Shown piece by piece: positions 10,655 through 20,905 of a stretch of 32,000 nt of DNA; positions within the stretch are counted from its first letter, which is position 1, and each line of letters begins with the position of its first letter. Both the position numbers and the translations under genes were made by a program. The notes beneath the pieces were generated by a model, which was not told the DNA's origin, made no database searches, and saw only the letters and a list, made by a program, of their open reading frames with translations. Source of the DNA: a cyanobacterium endosymbiont of Braarudosphaera bigelowii (lineage in GTDB: Bacteria > Cyanobacteriota > Cyanobacteriia > Cyanobacteriales > Microcystaceae); assembly GCF_020885515.1 (NCBI RefSeq), contig NZ_AP024987.1, positions 690,001 through 722,000 of the forward strand. Direction: 5' to 3'.

Positions 10655-11050
10655 ATGACTACAGAAAACTTTTTGGAAGGAATTAGACAATTCAATAAGC
10701 AAGAATTTTATGCTTGCCATGACACATTAGAGTCTATTTGGATAGAAACAATTGACTTAGATAAATATTTTTATCAAGGTATATTGCAGATATCAGTTGG
10801 TTGTTACCATCTAATAAATAATAATTGGCACGGAGCAGTTACTTCACTAGGAGAAGGAATAAAAAAGCTTCGTAACTATCAGCCAACCTATAAGAATGTT
10901 AACATTTCTCAATTTTTAGAAGAGAGTGAAAATTTATTAATGTATCTTCATAATATAAATCCTGATAGTATTGCTGAAATTTCTATGGTTTTAATATCAA
11001 ATGCTAAAGATTCTCCATATAAATTTCCTTATATTAAGATGCTTTTATAA
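10655..11050 (+). CDS. DUF309 family protein
   Basis: 131 aa; FNKQEFYACHDTLESIW, GILQISVGCYHL, NWHGAVTSLGEGIKKL. Confidence 0.85.
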   Translation: MTTENFLEGIRQFNKQEFYACHDTLESIWIETIDLDKYFYQGILQISVGCYHLINNNWHGAVTSLGEGIKKLRNYQPTYKNVNISQFLEESENLLMYLHNINPDSIAEISMVLISNAKDSPYKFPYIKMLL

Positions 11051-11070
11051 TACAATATAGAATATTGTAT
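11050..11070. repeat. 9-bp perfect hairpin with 3-nt loop immediately at the DUF309 stop
   Basis: ATACAATAT AGA ATATTGTAT. Confidence 0.6.
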
Positions 11071-11402
11071 ACCTAAGTTTTCCAGTAATCATCTTTTAAA
11101 TAGTAGATTTATAAAATTCTAAAAAATTTGTTTGGAATTTTCTTGACTTTAATGGGTTTATCATTTCTATAGATGGTATTTTAAAAAGCAAGCTTATTAG
11201 TTTTTCTATATTCAACATGGAAAAACTATTTTCTATACATTCTTTACGAGATATGAAAATAATAAGTTGTTGTTTAAAACTCTAAAGTTTCCAGAATACA
11301 GTTTTTTTTTAGTAAGAAATAATTTAATCTATCTTAGAAAATTTGTTTATTTTTAATATGTATTAGTTAATACGATACACTGAAGAAGTTTGATTTCACA
11401 AT

Positions 11403-11843
11403 ATGAACAAAAATAATATGAGAAAAAAACTATATCAAAAAATTATAATAATTTTTTCAGGTTTAGCATTATTTGGTAGTATGACCGTCGCAACTTTTTC
11501 TTTTAGACAATCCTCTCCGTCTTCATTATCAAAATCAAATACAGAAACAATCTATTCTATCGATGAAAGACTATATTCTATTATTCAGGGATATGAAACT
11601 GTTTTAGAAAGAGAACCAAATAATATGACTGCCAAACAGGGCCTAGAAGAAGCTTTAAGAACTTTAGTTGCTACTCAAATACAGGCAAAGAATTTAGACA
11701 AAACTATTCCAATAATGGAAAAGCTAACGACATTGGTACCAGAAAACGATCAATACAAAAACATATTAAAACAAATTAAAAATAATACGAATTCAAATAC
11801 TAAAGTAAAAGATTTAAGTGTATCTGATTCTAGTAACCCTTAA
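11403..11843 (+). CDS. Small membrane-anchored TPR-like protein, function unknown
   Basis: 146 aa; N-terminal TM helix IIIIFSGLALFGSMTVATF, then helical TPR-like segments (YETVLEREPNNMTAKQGLEEALR, LDKTIPIMEKLTTLVPENDQYKNIL). Confidence 0.65.
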   Translation: MNKNNMRKKLYQKIIIIFSGLALFGSMTVATFSFRQSSPSSLSKSNTETIYSIDERLYSIIQGYETVLEREPNNMTAKQGLEEALRTLVATQIQAKNLDKTIPIMEKLTTLVPENDQYKNILKQIKNNTNSNTKVKDLSVSDSSNP

Positions 11844-11850
11844 TTTATTG

Positions 11851-12348
11851 TCAAACAATCAGACGTTTAACTATTAAACGTCGATTCGGCTCTTTACCAC
11901 GATTTTCAGCTGTTAAATCATTAAGATTTTTTAAAAACAAATGCACTTCATGACTTTCAGTTAAAGAAAGAGATGTCATTTCAACTTCTTGCCCCGTTTT
12001 ACGCACTTGTTGTATGATTTCCTGAAGAGAAATTTTTAATTCTTCATGGCATCTAGAACGATAGTTATTTAATTCAATTTTAAATTGATATGAATTAGAT
12101 AAATTTACATCATATTTAATGAATGTGTTAATTATATATTCAATAGCATCAATAGACTCTCCCCGTTTTCCTATGAGCTTTAACATATCCTGAGATGTTA
12201 ATTGTTCTTCATTAATGACTAACCAAATCTCATTGATTTTTTCTAGCTCATTTCGTCCATATTCAGCTTTTACGTTTCCTGGAAATCCCATCAATTCTAA
12301 TAGTTTTTCTAACCACTTTTTACCAATTTGTTTTTGTTGTTCTATCAT
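11851..12348 (-). CDS. Jag/KhpB-like KH-R3H RNA-binding protein
   Basis: 165 aa; KH-like LIGKRGESIDAIEYIINTF, R3H-like terminal region; located after yidC as in other cyanobacteria. Confidence 0.85.
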   Translation of the reverse strand: MIEQQKQIGKKWLEKLLELMGFPGNVKAEYGRNELEKINEIWLVINEEQLTSQDMLKLIGKRGESIDAIEYIINTFIKYDVNLSNSYQFKIELNNYRSRCHEELKISLQEIIQQVRKTGQEVEMTSLSLTESHEVHLFLKNLNDLTAENRGKEPNRRLIVKRLIV

Positions 12349-12493
12349 TACGAAAACTAAATTCTCAGTATTTAATTAATCAGAATTTTTAGAAACTATG
12401 ATAGTCGCATTTCCTATATCTCAGAAAATACTAAAAATTATTTTATATGTTCTTTAGTATTCAACTTTGAAATAGTCAGAATCAAATCATTTT

Positions 12494-12536
12494 ATCATTT
12501 TCTAAAACGTAGCAAAAATACGTTTTAGAAAATGAT
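12494..12536. repeat. Perfect 18-bp inverted repeat, 7-nt loop, 5 nt past the yidC stop
   Basis: ATCATTTTCTAAAACGTA (12494-12511) / TACGTTTTAGAAAATGAT (12519-12536). Confidence 0.95.
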
Positions 12537-12541
12537 GGAAT

Positions 12542-13678
12542 TCAAGAAGTTTTTTCCTTTTTCTTTGAACGTTTTTCAAAAGGCAATGCTTCTCTGGTTA
12601 TTTCTTCCTTTTTTTGTTGTTCTACTAGTTTCTGCAAATTCTCAGGTAATGGTTCTCGCATAAGAATAAGGCTCTGTAACGTCTGAAAAACATTAGCTAC
12701 AACAATATACATTAAAACTCCTGCAGGTAAGGGAAAAAATAAGAACATACCGCTAAATAAAATTGGAGTGATTTTAGTAATTGCTTGTTGCTGCTGTGGG
12801 CCACTACCAGAAGAACCTGACAATTCTTGATTGATATAAATACTGGCACCAAAAAACAATATCATTGCTAGAATATCCCAGTTAATAGTCCCGTCCTCGC
12901 CCATCACACCTACTTGTCCTAGTGCTTTAATAAAAAGGAATCCTTTATTGGCAGCAATACCGGGGATAGTAGCCTTTATACTAATCTCTCCAGGATACAA
13001 AGCTTTAAAAGTTCCATCCTCATAATCTTCCAGTCTTTCTGCACCTTTTATAACTTCAAAAATTGGGTGAATTTTATTATACGAATTTTGAGAAATTAGA
13101 TGTGTAAGTGATTCACCCTGAGTAGTTTTAAATACAATGTTTGATTTTTCACCAATCTCTAATTTATTACCTTTTGGCAACGATGCTATTACAGGAAAAT
13201 GCAAACCATCACTAATATAAATATTATTAGGTTTGGTCTCGAAAGACTGTAAAGTGACTGTTTCTATATGTTCTTTCGGTAAAATTTGAGCATCTAGTGT
13301 ATAGCTGATATCAGCAAAAGGTGATCCTCTCAAAGTTGCAAATAATGCAAAAAGAATGGGCATTTGCAATAAAAGAGGTAAACAACCTGCTAGAGGGTTA
13401 CCAAATTCTTTCATTAGTTTTCCCATTTCTTCTTGTTGCTTTGCAGAATCGTCTTTGTAACGGCGTTGAATTTCCTCTTGCCTTTCTTTCATTAATGGCT
13501 GAGTAATTTTCATTTTTCGCATATTACGAATCTGCCCTGCACTTAAGGGATACAAAGCTAAACGAATTACTAAGGTCAAAGCAATAATTGAAAAACCATA
13601 ACTAGGCACAATCCCATAAAAAAAATCTAGGATTGGTAGCATAATATTTGTAGAAATAAATCCGATCCCAAAATCCAT
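12542..13678 (-). CDS. yidC: Membrane protein insertase YidC/Oxa1
   Basis: 378 aa; [85 protein letters not shown]. Confidence 0.96.
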   Translation of the reverse strand: MDFGIGFISTNIMLPILDFFYGIVPSYGFSIIALTLVIRLALYPLSAGQIRNMRKMKITQPLMKERQEEIQRRYKDDSAKQQEEMGKLMKEFGNPLAGCLPLLLQMPILFALFATLRGSPFADISYTLDAQILPKEHIETVTLQSFETKPNNIYISDGLHFPVIASLPKGNKLEIGEKSNIVFKTTQGESLTHLISQNSYNKIHPIFEVIKGAERLEDYEDGTFKALYPGEISIKATIPGIAANKGFLFIKALGQVGVMGEDGTINWDILAMILFFGASIYINQELSGSSGSGPQQQQAITKITPILFSGMFLFFPLPAGVLMYIVVANVFQTLQSLILMREPLPENLQKLVEQQKKEEITREALPFEKRSKKKEKTS

Positions 13679-14095
13679 TCTTCTTAATCCAAATTATTTT
13701 TCTAAAAGGTGATCTCTTTATATAGACTCTATATTAAAGTGAAAAGGTATAGTAACTAAAAGTTATCTCGTCTTACTTTTAATTTCAGAAGTTATTTAAG
13801 AATAATTATTCAAAATATTTTAGTTTATAACTTTAATATTTCTAAAATATAGGAAAAAATGTAAATAACTATTACATTTATGCGTAACAGAATAAGATTA
13901 TCATATCAACTAGCTACATGAGTAATCAGTGTTAACTTCATTCAAAATAATTACAGTTCATAAGTGATAAAATTTCTTACTCTTTCAAACTAATAGTATA
14001 TTTTAATTTTCTAAATAGTTGAATTTAAATAAATTATGACTAATCCTGATGAAATTCTATTTCATCATGACAACATTCTAAAAAATGCAAATTTT

Positions 14096-14473
14096 CTAGT
14101 AACCGTGAACAATTTTTGCATTAATCAATAATTCTTTTATTTCCCTTAAAAGAATGCTGTATTGGCATCCTTGAATCTGTTTTTTGACTACTATAACAAT
14201 TTGATACCCTGAGACAATTTTAGGTAAAAAAACACGGATTACCGATTTAATCTGCCGTTTTAAATAGTTGCGAACTATTGCCTTTTTACTGATTTTTTGG
14301 CTAATAGAAATACCAAATTGCGTTGGTATTATTTGACAATTTTTATTGATACCAAAAAGTGAGTGCATTACGAGTTGAGAACTATAGTAGCGTTCTCCTT
14401 TCTTGTAAACAGACTGGAATGACTTATGATGCCTAAGGCGATTATTTTTAGGTAATCCCACTTTTCCCCACAA
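14096..14473 (-). CDS. rnpA: Ribonuclease P protein component
   Basis: 125 aa; LPKNNRLRHHKSFQSVYKKG, GISISQKISKKAIVRNYLKRQIKSVIR; downstream of rpmH. Confidence 0.93.
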   Translation of the reverse strand: MWGKVGLPKNNRLRHHKSFQSVYKKGERYYSSQLVMHSLFGINKNCQIIPTQFGISISQKISKKAIVRNYLKRQIKSVIRVFLPKIVSGYQIVIVVKKQIQGCQYSILLREIKELLINAKIVHGY

Positions 14474-14504
14474 TTACTTAAATAGCCAGGATAGCACTTT
14501 TGTT

Positions 14505-14642
14505 CTAGACAGATAAGCGATATCTTCCTCTTTTTCGTCTTGCTTGAATGACCTTACGTCCATTGTGATCTCTCATACGTGCCCGAAAACCGGATGTTCT
14601 TTTCTGTTTTCGGTTAGTCCCCCCTAGTGTCCGTTGGGTCAC
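14505..14642 (-). CDS. rpmH: 50S ribosomal protein L34 (GTG start; not in the ORF track)
   Basis: Manual translation of the reverse strand from GTG at 14642: [45 protein letters not shown]. Shine-Dalgarno GGAGG 9 nt upstream. Confidence 0.96.
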   Translation of the reverse strand: MTQRTLGGTNRKQKRTSGFRARMRDHNGRKVIQARRKRGRYRLSV

Positions 14643-14955
14643 AAGCTCATTCCTCCAATAATACTTTTTTAATTTAATATTATAAATACACAGAAGTACA
14701 TCATAACAAAATAAAAGGTAAATAGCAAATTCTATTCTTTCTAGATGTAATGTACTGTTGTCGTGATTATCACATAAATTTTTCTAAAAAACTGATTAGG
14801 TAATAACTAAATTTAATTTATAACAAATAATCATAAATAATTTTTACGCATTGCTCATATTACCGTGACTAACTTGCTTTAAGTAAATAAAAACTTAGTA
14901 AGTTGATAAATGTTTTACATATACTGGGTGTTCAAATTTCGTAATAAACGTTATT

Positions 14956-15708
14956 TTAGAGTTTACCAAATCTTCTTTGTCGATGTTGATATTCTAATAA
15001 AGCTTCATAAAAACTTTGACATGTAAAGTCTGGCCAGAGAGTTGAAGTAACATAAATTTCTGCATAGGCTAATTGCCATAATAAAAAGTTACTTAAGCGC
15101 ATTTCTCCACTAGTACGAATTAATAAATCAGGATGGGGAATATCTTTAGTATATAGATAATTTTCAAACAGAGTTTCATTAATATCGTTTACATCAAGTA
15201 AACCTTGCTTTACCTTTGTTGCAATCGTTTGACAACTTTGAATAATTTCCTGACGTCCTCCGTAATTGGTCGCTATTGTAAATTGCACTCCTGTATTATT
15301 TTCCGTATTTTTCATTGAACGAAAAATTTCTGATTGTAAAGATGGAGGTAATTCTTCTAAGTTTCCAACAAAACGTATTTTTACATTTTCATTCATCATC
15401 TCTTCTAGTTCTCTATGTAATACTGTTTCAAAAAGAGCCATTAAAAATTCTACTTCTTGAAGAGGTCTTCCCCAATTTTCAGTTGAAAAAGCATAAGCTG
15501 TTAGAGCAGGAATTCCTAGATCTCTACAATAACGAAGTAAATCTTTAAGAGTTCCTACTCCCCTTTGATGTCCTACAATTCGAGGAAGTCCACGATGCTT
15601 CGCCCAGCGTCCATTGCCATCCATTATCACGGCAATATGGCCTGGGAGACGGTTTTGATCAAGATCAGTTGGTAAATTCTTTAACACAATAGATTGCTTA
15701 ACAGTCAT
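14956..15708 (-). CDS. uppS: Isoprenyl transferase (undecaprenyl diphosphate synthase)
   Basis: 250 aa; [60 protein letters not shown]. Confidence 0.97.
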   Translation of the reverse strand: MTVKQSIVLKNLPTDLDQNRLPGHIAVIMDGNGRWAKHRGLPRIVGHQRGVGTLKDLLRYCRDLGIPALTAYAFSTENWGRPLQEVEFLMALFETVLHRELEEMMNENVKIRFVGNLEELPPSLQSEIFRSMKNTENNTGVQFTIATNYGGRQEIIQSCQTIATKVKQGLLDVNDINETLFENYLYTKDIPHPDLLIRTSGEMRLSNFLLWQLAYAEIYVTSTLWPDFTCQSFYEALLEYQHRQRRFGKL

Positions 15709-16634
15709 TTCTTCTCTTCCGGTGAGTTCGATGACGAAATATTAAAAGTTCGTTTGAAAAAAAGTTTTCCTTGTAAGTCAATAGTATGCTTTAAAACATC
15801 CCAGCCAGGAGTTACAGAATCGCTATCAACGATTAGAGAGAAGCGCTGTTTCAATAACTCTTTTAATCTACTATTAGTTAGGGGACGGTCTAAAACTCCC
15901 TTCTCAGCTAAAGATATTGAACCTGTCTCTTCAGAAACTACTATACAAAGACACTGATCAATATTTTCAGTGATTCCTATAGCAGCACGATGCCGAGTTC
16001 CTAGCTGACGTGAAAATGTTTTATCAGACAATGGTAGAATAACCCCTGCAGAAATTATTCTAGAACCACGAATAAAGACAGCTCCATCATGAAGTAAAGT
16101 CTTGGGCTGAAAAATTGTTTGTAACAAGGCCTTAGAAATTTCTCCATTGACTATTACCCCAGGATCAACAAAAACTCTAGTATCAATAGATGCTTCTGTC
16201 TCAATAACAATTAATGCTCCTGTTCTATTTTGAGATAATTCTCGTACTGCTTCTACCAGTTCATCCACTATATTGCCTGGCTTAGGTATTGGTCTTCTTT
16301 GTTTAAATAATTGTAGTATTTTTCCTCTTCCTAGTAACTCTAGAAATCTTCGAAATTCTCCCTGAAAAATGACAGCCATGGATACTGCTGCTCCTAAAAC
16401 TAATTTTTCCAATACGAATTTCAACAGTGTTAATTGAAGCTTTTCGCTAATCACTGTTACTAACATTAAAATAATTAGCCCCCGAACCATCCATAAGGTA
16501 CGACGTTCACCAATAGCAAAAAGCATCAAATAGGTTAACAACAGCATCAAACTAGTATCGATGCCGCTATAAATCAACCCTGAGGTTATCCAGTGCTGAC
16601 TAGGAGGCTCACCTAACATGATGTAAAATGACAA
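15705..16634 (-). CDS. cdaA: Diadenylate cyclase (CdaA-type DAC domain)
   Basis: 309 aa; N-terminal TM helices, [11 protein letters not shown] and [12 protein letters not shown] motifs; 4-nt overlap with uppS. Confidence 0.94.
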   Translation of the reverse strand: MSFYIMLGEPPSQHWITSGLIYSGIDTSLMLLLTYLMLFAIGERRTLWMVRGLIILMLVTVISEKLQLTLLKFVLEKLVLGAAVSMAVIFQGEFRRFLELLGRGKILQLFKQRRPIPKPGNIVDELVEAVRELSQNRTGALIVIETEASIDTRVFVDPGVIVNGEISKALLQTIFQPKTLLHDGAVFIRGSRIISAGVILPLSDKTFSRQLGTRHRAAIGITENIDQCLCIVVSEETGSISLAEKGVLDRPLTNSRLKELLKQRFSLIVDSDSVTPGWDVLKHTIDLQGKLFFKRTFNISSSNSPEEKK

Positions 16635-16663
16635 GATGGATGATTAATAAGAACAGAAATAAA

Positions 16664-18172
16664 TTATAGAAGGCAATCAGGCAGGAGCCTCTGGGGTAAA
16701 CAGTCTTGTCTAACTAGATCGTCATAAGTTTCCCGTCGTACAATCAAACTAGCTTCTCCATGATTAACTAAGACTGCAGCCGGACGTGGTATGCGATTAT
16801 AGTTCGAGGCCATACTATAGTTATATGCTCCTGTTCCCATTACTACTAGAATATCTCCTGTACGAGTTTGAGGCAACTGAGCATCTTTGATTATTATATC
16901 TCCAGATTCGCAATGTTTTCCGGCAATAGTAAATGTTTCAGTAATTTTTTTTGACATTTTATTGCCTATAAGAACACTATAAAGTGATTTATAAGTAATG
17001 GGACGAGGATTGTCAGACATTCCTCCATCTATGGCAAGGTAAGTACATAGACCAGGAATCTCTTTACGACTACCTATGGTATAAGCAGTTATACAAGCAG
17101 AACCTATTAATGATCGACCAGGTTCTGCTATTAGTTTTGGAAATGATAGGTTGTTTTCCATACAAGCCTCCATGACTGACTCACTAACAGTTTTAACCCA
17201 TTCTTCAATACTTGGAGGATCATCACTATGAGTATAAGAAATACCCAATCCTCCTCCAATATTTAATTCAGACAGGATCAACCCTAACTCTTGAGCTTTC
17301 TTAAACCATTTGACCAAAATAAAAGCAAGATCATGATGTGGTTGTTTTTCAAAAATTTGAGATCCTATATGAGAATGTAGGCCTAGACAATCTAAAACTT
17401 TTTGTTTAATGACATAGTTAATAACAGCCTCAAAATCATTTAAACTAAATCCAAACTTACTATCTAAATGTCCTGTCTTTATATATTCATGAGTATGGCA
17501 TTCAATTTCTGGAGTTAATCTTAGTAGAATACGAATAGATTTTTCTGGTAAGTCATTGCCAAGCTTTACTAAACTTTGGAGCTCTAACCAATTGTCTACA
17601 ACTATGTTGCAGTTGGAATTTATGGCCAGACGTAATTCGTCTAAAGATTTATTATTACCATGAAAATAAATTTTATTAGCTATTTCTAGCTTAGAATATC
17701 CTAGCTTTGACATTGCTATTTGAGCAGTATAAAGCTCTCCACCTGAAACAACATCAAAACCTAAGTTTTCAGTCGCGATAACTCCAATTACTGAGAGGCA
17801 ACTCCAAGCTTTTGAAGCATAAATCACTTGAGATGGGCCTTCGTAATAAAGATTAAAACTATCTCGATATTGTCTGCAAGAAGTTCTTAATGTTATTTCA
17901 TCAAGAACATATAAGGGGGAACCAAATTGCTCTACTAAATTCTTAATATTACACTCACCGATTTCTAAGTAATCATTGTTTACTACTTTAGATGTTAATG
18001 GTAACAAGCAGTGATTGGATGATTTTTGTAAAATTTTATTAGTATATTTCGATATATAGTCTTGCCCTGTACGGAAAATATATTTTGGTTCTAATGCCAT
18101 AATTTCCTGACCTTGAGTAATTTGGGTACTAAAATAATTAAAGAATTTAAAGTCTATTTTAAAATTATCCAA
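16664..18172 (-). CDS. lysA: Diaminopimelate decarboxylase
   Basis: 502 aa; FGSPLYVLDEITLR, YASKAWS, DVVSGGELYTA, HSHIGSQIF, EPGRSLIG, CESGDII, GTGAYNYSMASNYNR. Confidence 0.96.
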   Translation of the reverse strand: MDNFKIDFKFFNYFSTQITQGQEIMALEPKYIFRTGQDYISKYTNKILQKSSNHCLLPLTSKVVNNDYLEIGECNIKNLVEQFGSPLYVLDEITLRTSCRQYRDSFNLYYEGPSQVIYASKAWSCLSVIGVIATENLGFDVVSGGELYTAQIAMSKLGYSKLEIANKIYFHGNNKSLDELRLAINSNCNIVVDNWLELQSLVKLGNDLPEKSIRILLRLTPEIECHTHEYIKTGHLDSKFGFSLNDFEAVINYVIKQKVLDCLGLHSHIGSQIFEKQPHHDLAFILVKWFKKAQELGLILSELNIGGGLGISYTHSDDPPSIEEWVKTVSESVMEACMENNLSFPKLIAEPGRSLIGSACITAYTIGSRKEIPGLCTYLAIDGGMSDNPRPITYKSLYSVLIGNKMSKKITETFTIAGKHCESGDIIIKDAQLPQTRTGDILVVMGTGAYNYSMASNYNRIPRPAAVLVNHGEASLIVRRETYDDLVRQDCLPQRLLPDCLL

Positions 18173-18448
18173 ATATCATTTAAAGGTTATATTAAACATC
18201 ATACTATGGCTTTTTCTATATTAATACTTAGATTGAGAGTAATTAACAATAATTCTATAACTTCAAGCACAAAATATATTACAAGCAGCTTTGTACATAA
18301 CAGTTTATGATGTTTGTTATTTTCGTGTCGTATTTAAATAAAACTTTTAATTTTTTTGATCTAGCAGAGGCTACAGACAATATTCATCACTAATTTTGAG
18401 TACTATTATTATTTCTTAAAATTAATAGCTAATATTGATTTTAATCAT

Positions 18449-18493
18449 ATTAGGTTTAAGGCTGAAATTATATATTACAGTCTTAAACCTAAT
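18449..18493. repeat. 16-bp inverted repeat (one mismatch), 13-nt loop, downstream of rps1
   Basis: ATTAGGTTTAAGGCTG (18449-18464) / CAGTCTTAAACCTAAT (18478-18493). Confidence 0.8.
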
Positions 18494-18545
18494 CCAATTC
18501 AAAGAGAAAAAGTATTTTACTCAATTAAGTATCAATATAGATAAT

Positions 18546-19562
18546 TTATTCTTCAGAAACATCCGTAGTAGCAACTATTTCTTCTTGAGCTTCATCTACA
18601 TCTAATGCAGAAGGGATATTTTCTATTATACTTTCTCCTTCTTCAGGTATTTCTCTACCTTCCGCCTCTGCAAGAAGCTTTTGACGATACTTCTCAGCCA
18701 TTTCTTCTGCTTTTTCAAACACCACATCTCGATTTTTCAACATATCCCCAGGCTCAGGTTCAAGCTGTTTTGTCGACAAGGATATTCTTCCTCTTTCAGC
18801 ATCAAGATCAATAATCATAACTTTCAATTCGTCGTTAACTCCGAAAACACTGTGAGGAGTGTCAATATGGTCATGAGAAATTTCAGAGATATGTAAGAGT
18901 CCGCTAACTCCTCCTATATCAATAAAAGCACCATAAGGTTTAATTCCACGAACAGAACCAATAACAACCTGTCCTACTTCTAAACCGTTCATTTTACGTT
19001 CAACTAATGCACGACGATGGCTAAGAACTAGACGGTTTCTTTCTTCGTCAACTTCAAGGAATTTTAAAGGTAATTCTTCCCCAACCAAATCTTCTTTGGC
19101 TTCACGAGTACTTATATGAGACCCTGGTATAAAACCTCGCAATCCCTCAATTCTTACAAGGGCACCTCCTCGGTTTGTCGCAAAAACATTAGAGCGTACA
19201 GTTGCGTCTTCTTCTCTTAATTGACGTACTCTTTCCCAAGCTCGCATATACTCGATACGTCTAATAGACAAGGTTAATTGTCCATCTTCGTTTTCATCAG
19301 TTAAAATGAAGAACTCTCTTGTCTCATTTGGTTGAAGAACTTCGTCAGGGTCATCTACTCGGTTGATTGACATTTCCTGAATAGGAATATAAGCTGCAGT
19401 TTTTGCTCCAATGTCAATTAGTGCACCTCTTGGCTCCATACTGAAAACAGTACCAGGGACAATGTCTCCGGGACTGAAATGATAGTCATATTTATCAAGA
19501 AGTGCGGCGAAATCTTCGTGGGTAAAACCAATATCGTTAATTGTTGCTTTCTGATCTACCAT
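18546..19562 (-). CDS. rpsA: 30S ribosomal protein S1
   Basis: 338 aa; repeated S1 domains (GDIVPGTVFSMEPRGALIDIGAKTAAYIP; GQVVIGSVRGIKPYGAFIDIGGVSGLLHISEIS). Confidence 0.96.
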   Translation of the reverse strand: MVDQKATINDIGFTHEDFAALLDKYDYHFSPGDIVPGTVFSMEPRGALIDIGAKTAAYIPIQEMSINRVDDPDEVLQPNETREFFILTDENEDGQLTLSIRRIEYMRAWERVRQLREEDATVRSNVFATNRGGALVRIEGLRGFIPGSHISTREAKEDLVGEELPLKFLEVDEERNRLVLSHRRALVERKMNGLEVGQVVIGSVRGIKPYGAFIDIGGVSGLLHISEISHDHIDTPHSVFGVNDELKVMIIDLDAERGRISLSTKQLEPEPGDMLKNRDVVFEKAEEMAEKYRQKLLAEAEGREIPEEGESIIENIPSALDVDEAQEEIVATTDVSEE

Positions 19563-19844
19563 GTATTTTCATCTTCCTATATCTAAATCTTTGATAATTA
19601 ATAATGCCTCCTGTTGATACATGTTTTCTAATTCTTGGGTATTTACCAAAAAAGTTATACCTTAATTGAATTAGTTACCATAAAAAATATTCTTCTTAAA
19701 TTTGAGATAACAAGAATAAATCTAAAAGATTGATTTATTATTTTGTCAATCAGTAGCAGGGTGCAGACTCTTCATCATATCACCATTTATTATAACTTAT
19801 ATTAATTATGATGTTAATTCGCCAAGAAAAATTTAGATGAAAAA

Positions 19845-20194
19845 AGAGTTAGACATAAGCCGGATTCTGTTCTAAAGGAGAGTCATCTATCTAGGATACT
19901 TGTTACCAAATATCTCTTGCGGTACACCTAAATGGGATTGGAAAAAGATCAACCATTTTATCCCTCCGACCTTGCTCCCAACTGGGGTTTGCCGAGCCAG
20001 TACCTCACGATACTGCTGGTATGCTCTTACCATACCTTTGCACCCTTACCTTGTTATTAAGGCGGTATTTTTCTGTGGCACTATCCTCACGCTCGCGCGC
20101 ACTGGGTATTATCCAGCAAGTCTGATCTTTTGGGAGTCCGGACTTTCCTCAGATTATTTTGTTCAAATAACCCGTAACTCTCTCGCTAACTCTT
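19845..20194 (-). ncRNA. rnpB: RNase P RNA
   Basis: Reverse strand contains the conserved GAGGAAAGTCCGGACTCCC segment and 3' end ACAGAATCCGGCTTATGTCTAACTCT; 5' AGAGTTAG pairs with 3' CTAACTCT (P1), followed by TTTTTT. Boundaries +/- a few nt. Confidence 0.95.
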
Positions 20195-20260
20195 TAATAG
20201 TATATCTTAGTATTTTTTACAAAATAATTTCAATTTTTTATGTATCTCAGAAATAATACA

Positions 20261-20286
20261 ATGCTAAAAATAGAATTTTTTAGCAT
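20261..20286. repeat. 10-bp perfect hairpin between TerB-like gene and rnpB
   Basis: ATGCTAAAAA TAGAAT TTTTTAGCAT. Confidence 0.5.
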
Positions 20287-20433
20287 AAAATTAAATATTT
20301 TTTACTCTAATTGATAAAAGCAGATCAAATAAAAAATAACTATTATCTAGGATAAAAATACATTCTACTATTTTAAAGTGGACCAACTTATTTATTGTTA
20401 GCTTGTGATCTATAAAAAAATTGATTATGCTCT

Positions 20434-20862
20434 CTAATTTTGAACTATTTTATCAATGGCATTTCTGAACATTTTTTGTAAAATTTTAACAGTCCTAGCA
20501 AAGCTTAATTGATAATAATTCTGTGAAGGATCAAGAAACTGTAATTTATTCAATAACTGAGCCTCTTGTATCTGAATGTCTCCATCACTATAAATTAAAG
20601 CACTTAAAGATTCTAGAAGTTCTTGATAATCTTCTCTTGTTGGATTATTGCCTAAATATTCTTCTAACCATTGATAGCATTGATTTGCTTTAATCGGTTT
20701 TAATTCTGATAAAAAATACTGTAATTCTATATCTTTGGATAATCCATGATATTCTAATATGTACTTTAGATAATTTCTTTCCTCCATTTGAATAATCCCA
20801 TCTATCCAAGCAACTCCAATTAAAATTTTAAGTAGTTGCTTATTTTTATACTTTCTATTCAT
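20434..20862 (-). CDS. TerB-like (tellurite-resistance TerB fold) protein
   Basis: 142 aa; IGVAWIDGIIQMEERNYLKYILEYHGLS ... LSALIYSDGDIQIQEAQLLNKL, TerB-like repeat pattern. Confidence 0.7.
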   Translation of the reverse strand: MNRKYKNKQLLKILIGVAWIDGIIQMEERNYLKYILEYHGLSKDIELQYFLSELKPIKANQCYQWLEEYLGNNPTREDYQELLESLSALIYSDGDIQIQEAQLLNKLQFLDPSQNYYQLSFARTVKILQKMFRNAIDKIVQN

Positions 20863-20905
20863 TATCTATTGACTAAGTCCTTAATATACTTTAACAACTA
20901 GTTCT

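Noticed and set aside
15266-15957. ORFs 15266..15460, 15315..15548 and 15694..15957
   Set aside because: Overlap uppS/cdaA coding sequence on the opposite strand with no family signal.
18113-18310. 65-aa plus-strand ORF
   Set aside because: Starts antisense within lysA and extends into an AT-rich spacer; no recognisable features.
18605-18896. Antisense ORFs 18605..18814 and 18681..18896
   Set aside because: Inside the rps1 coding sequence.
19900-20256. 118-aa ORF on the plus strand
   Set aside because: Lies almost entirely antisense to the rnpB RNA gene; no recognisable protein features.
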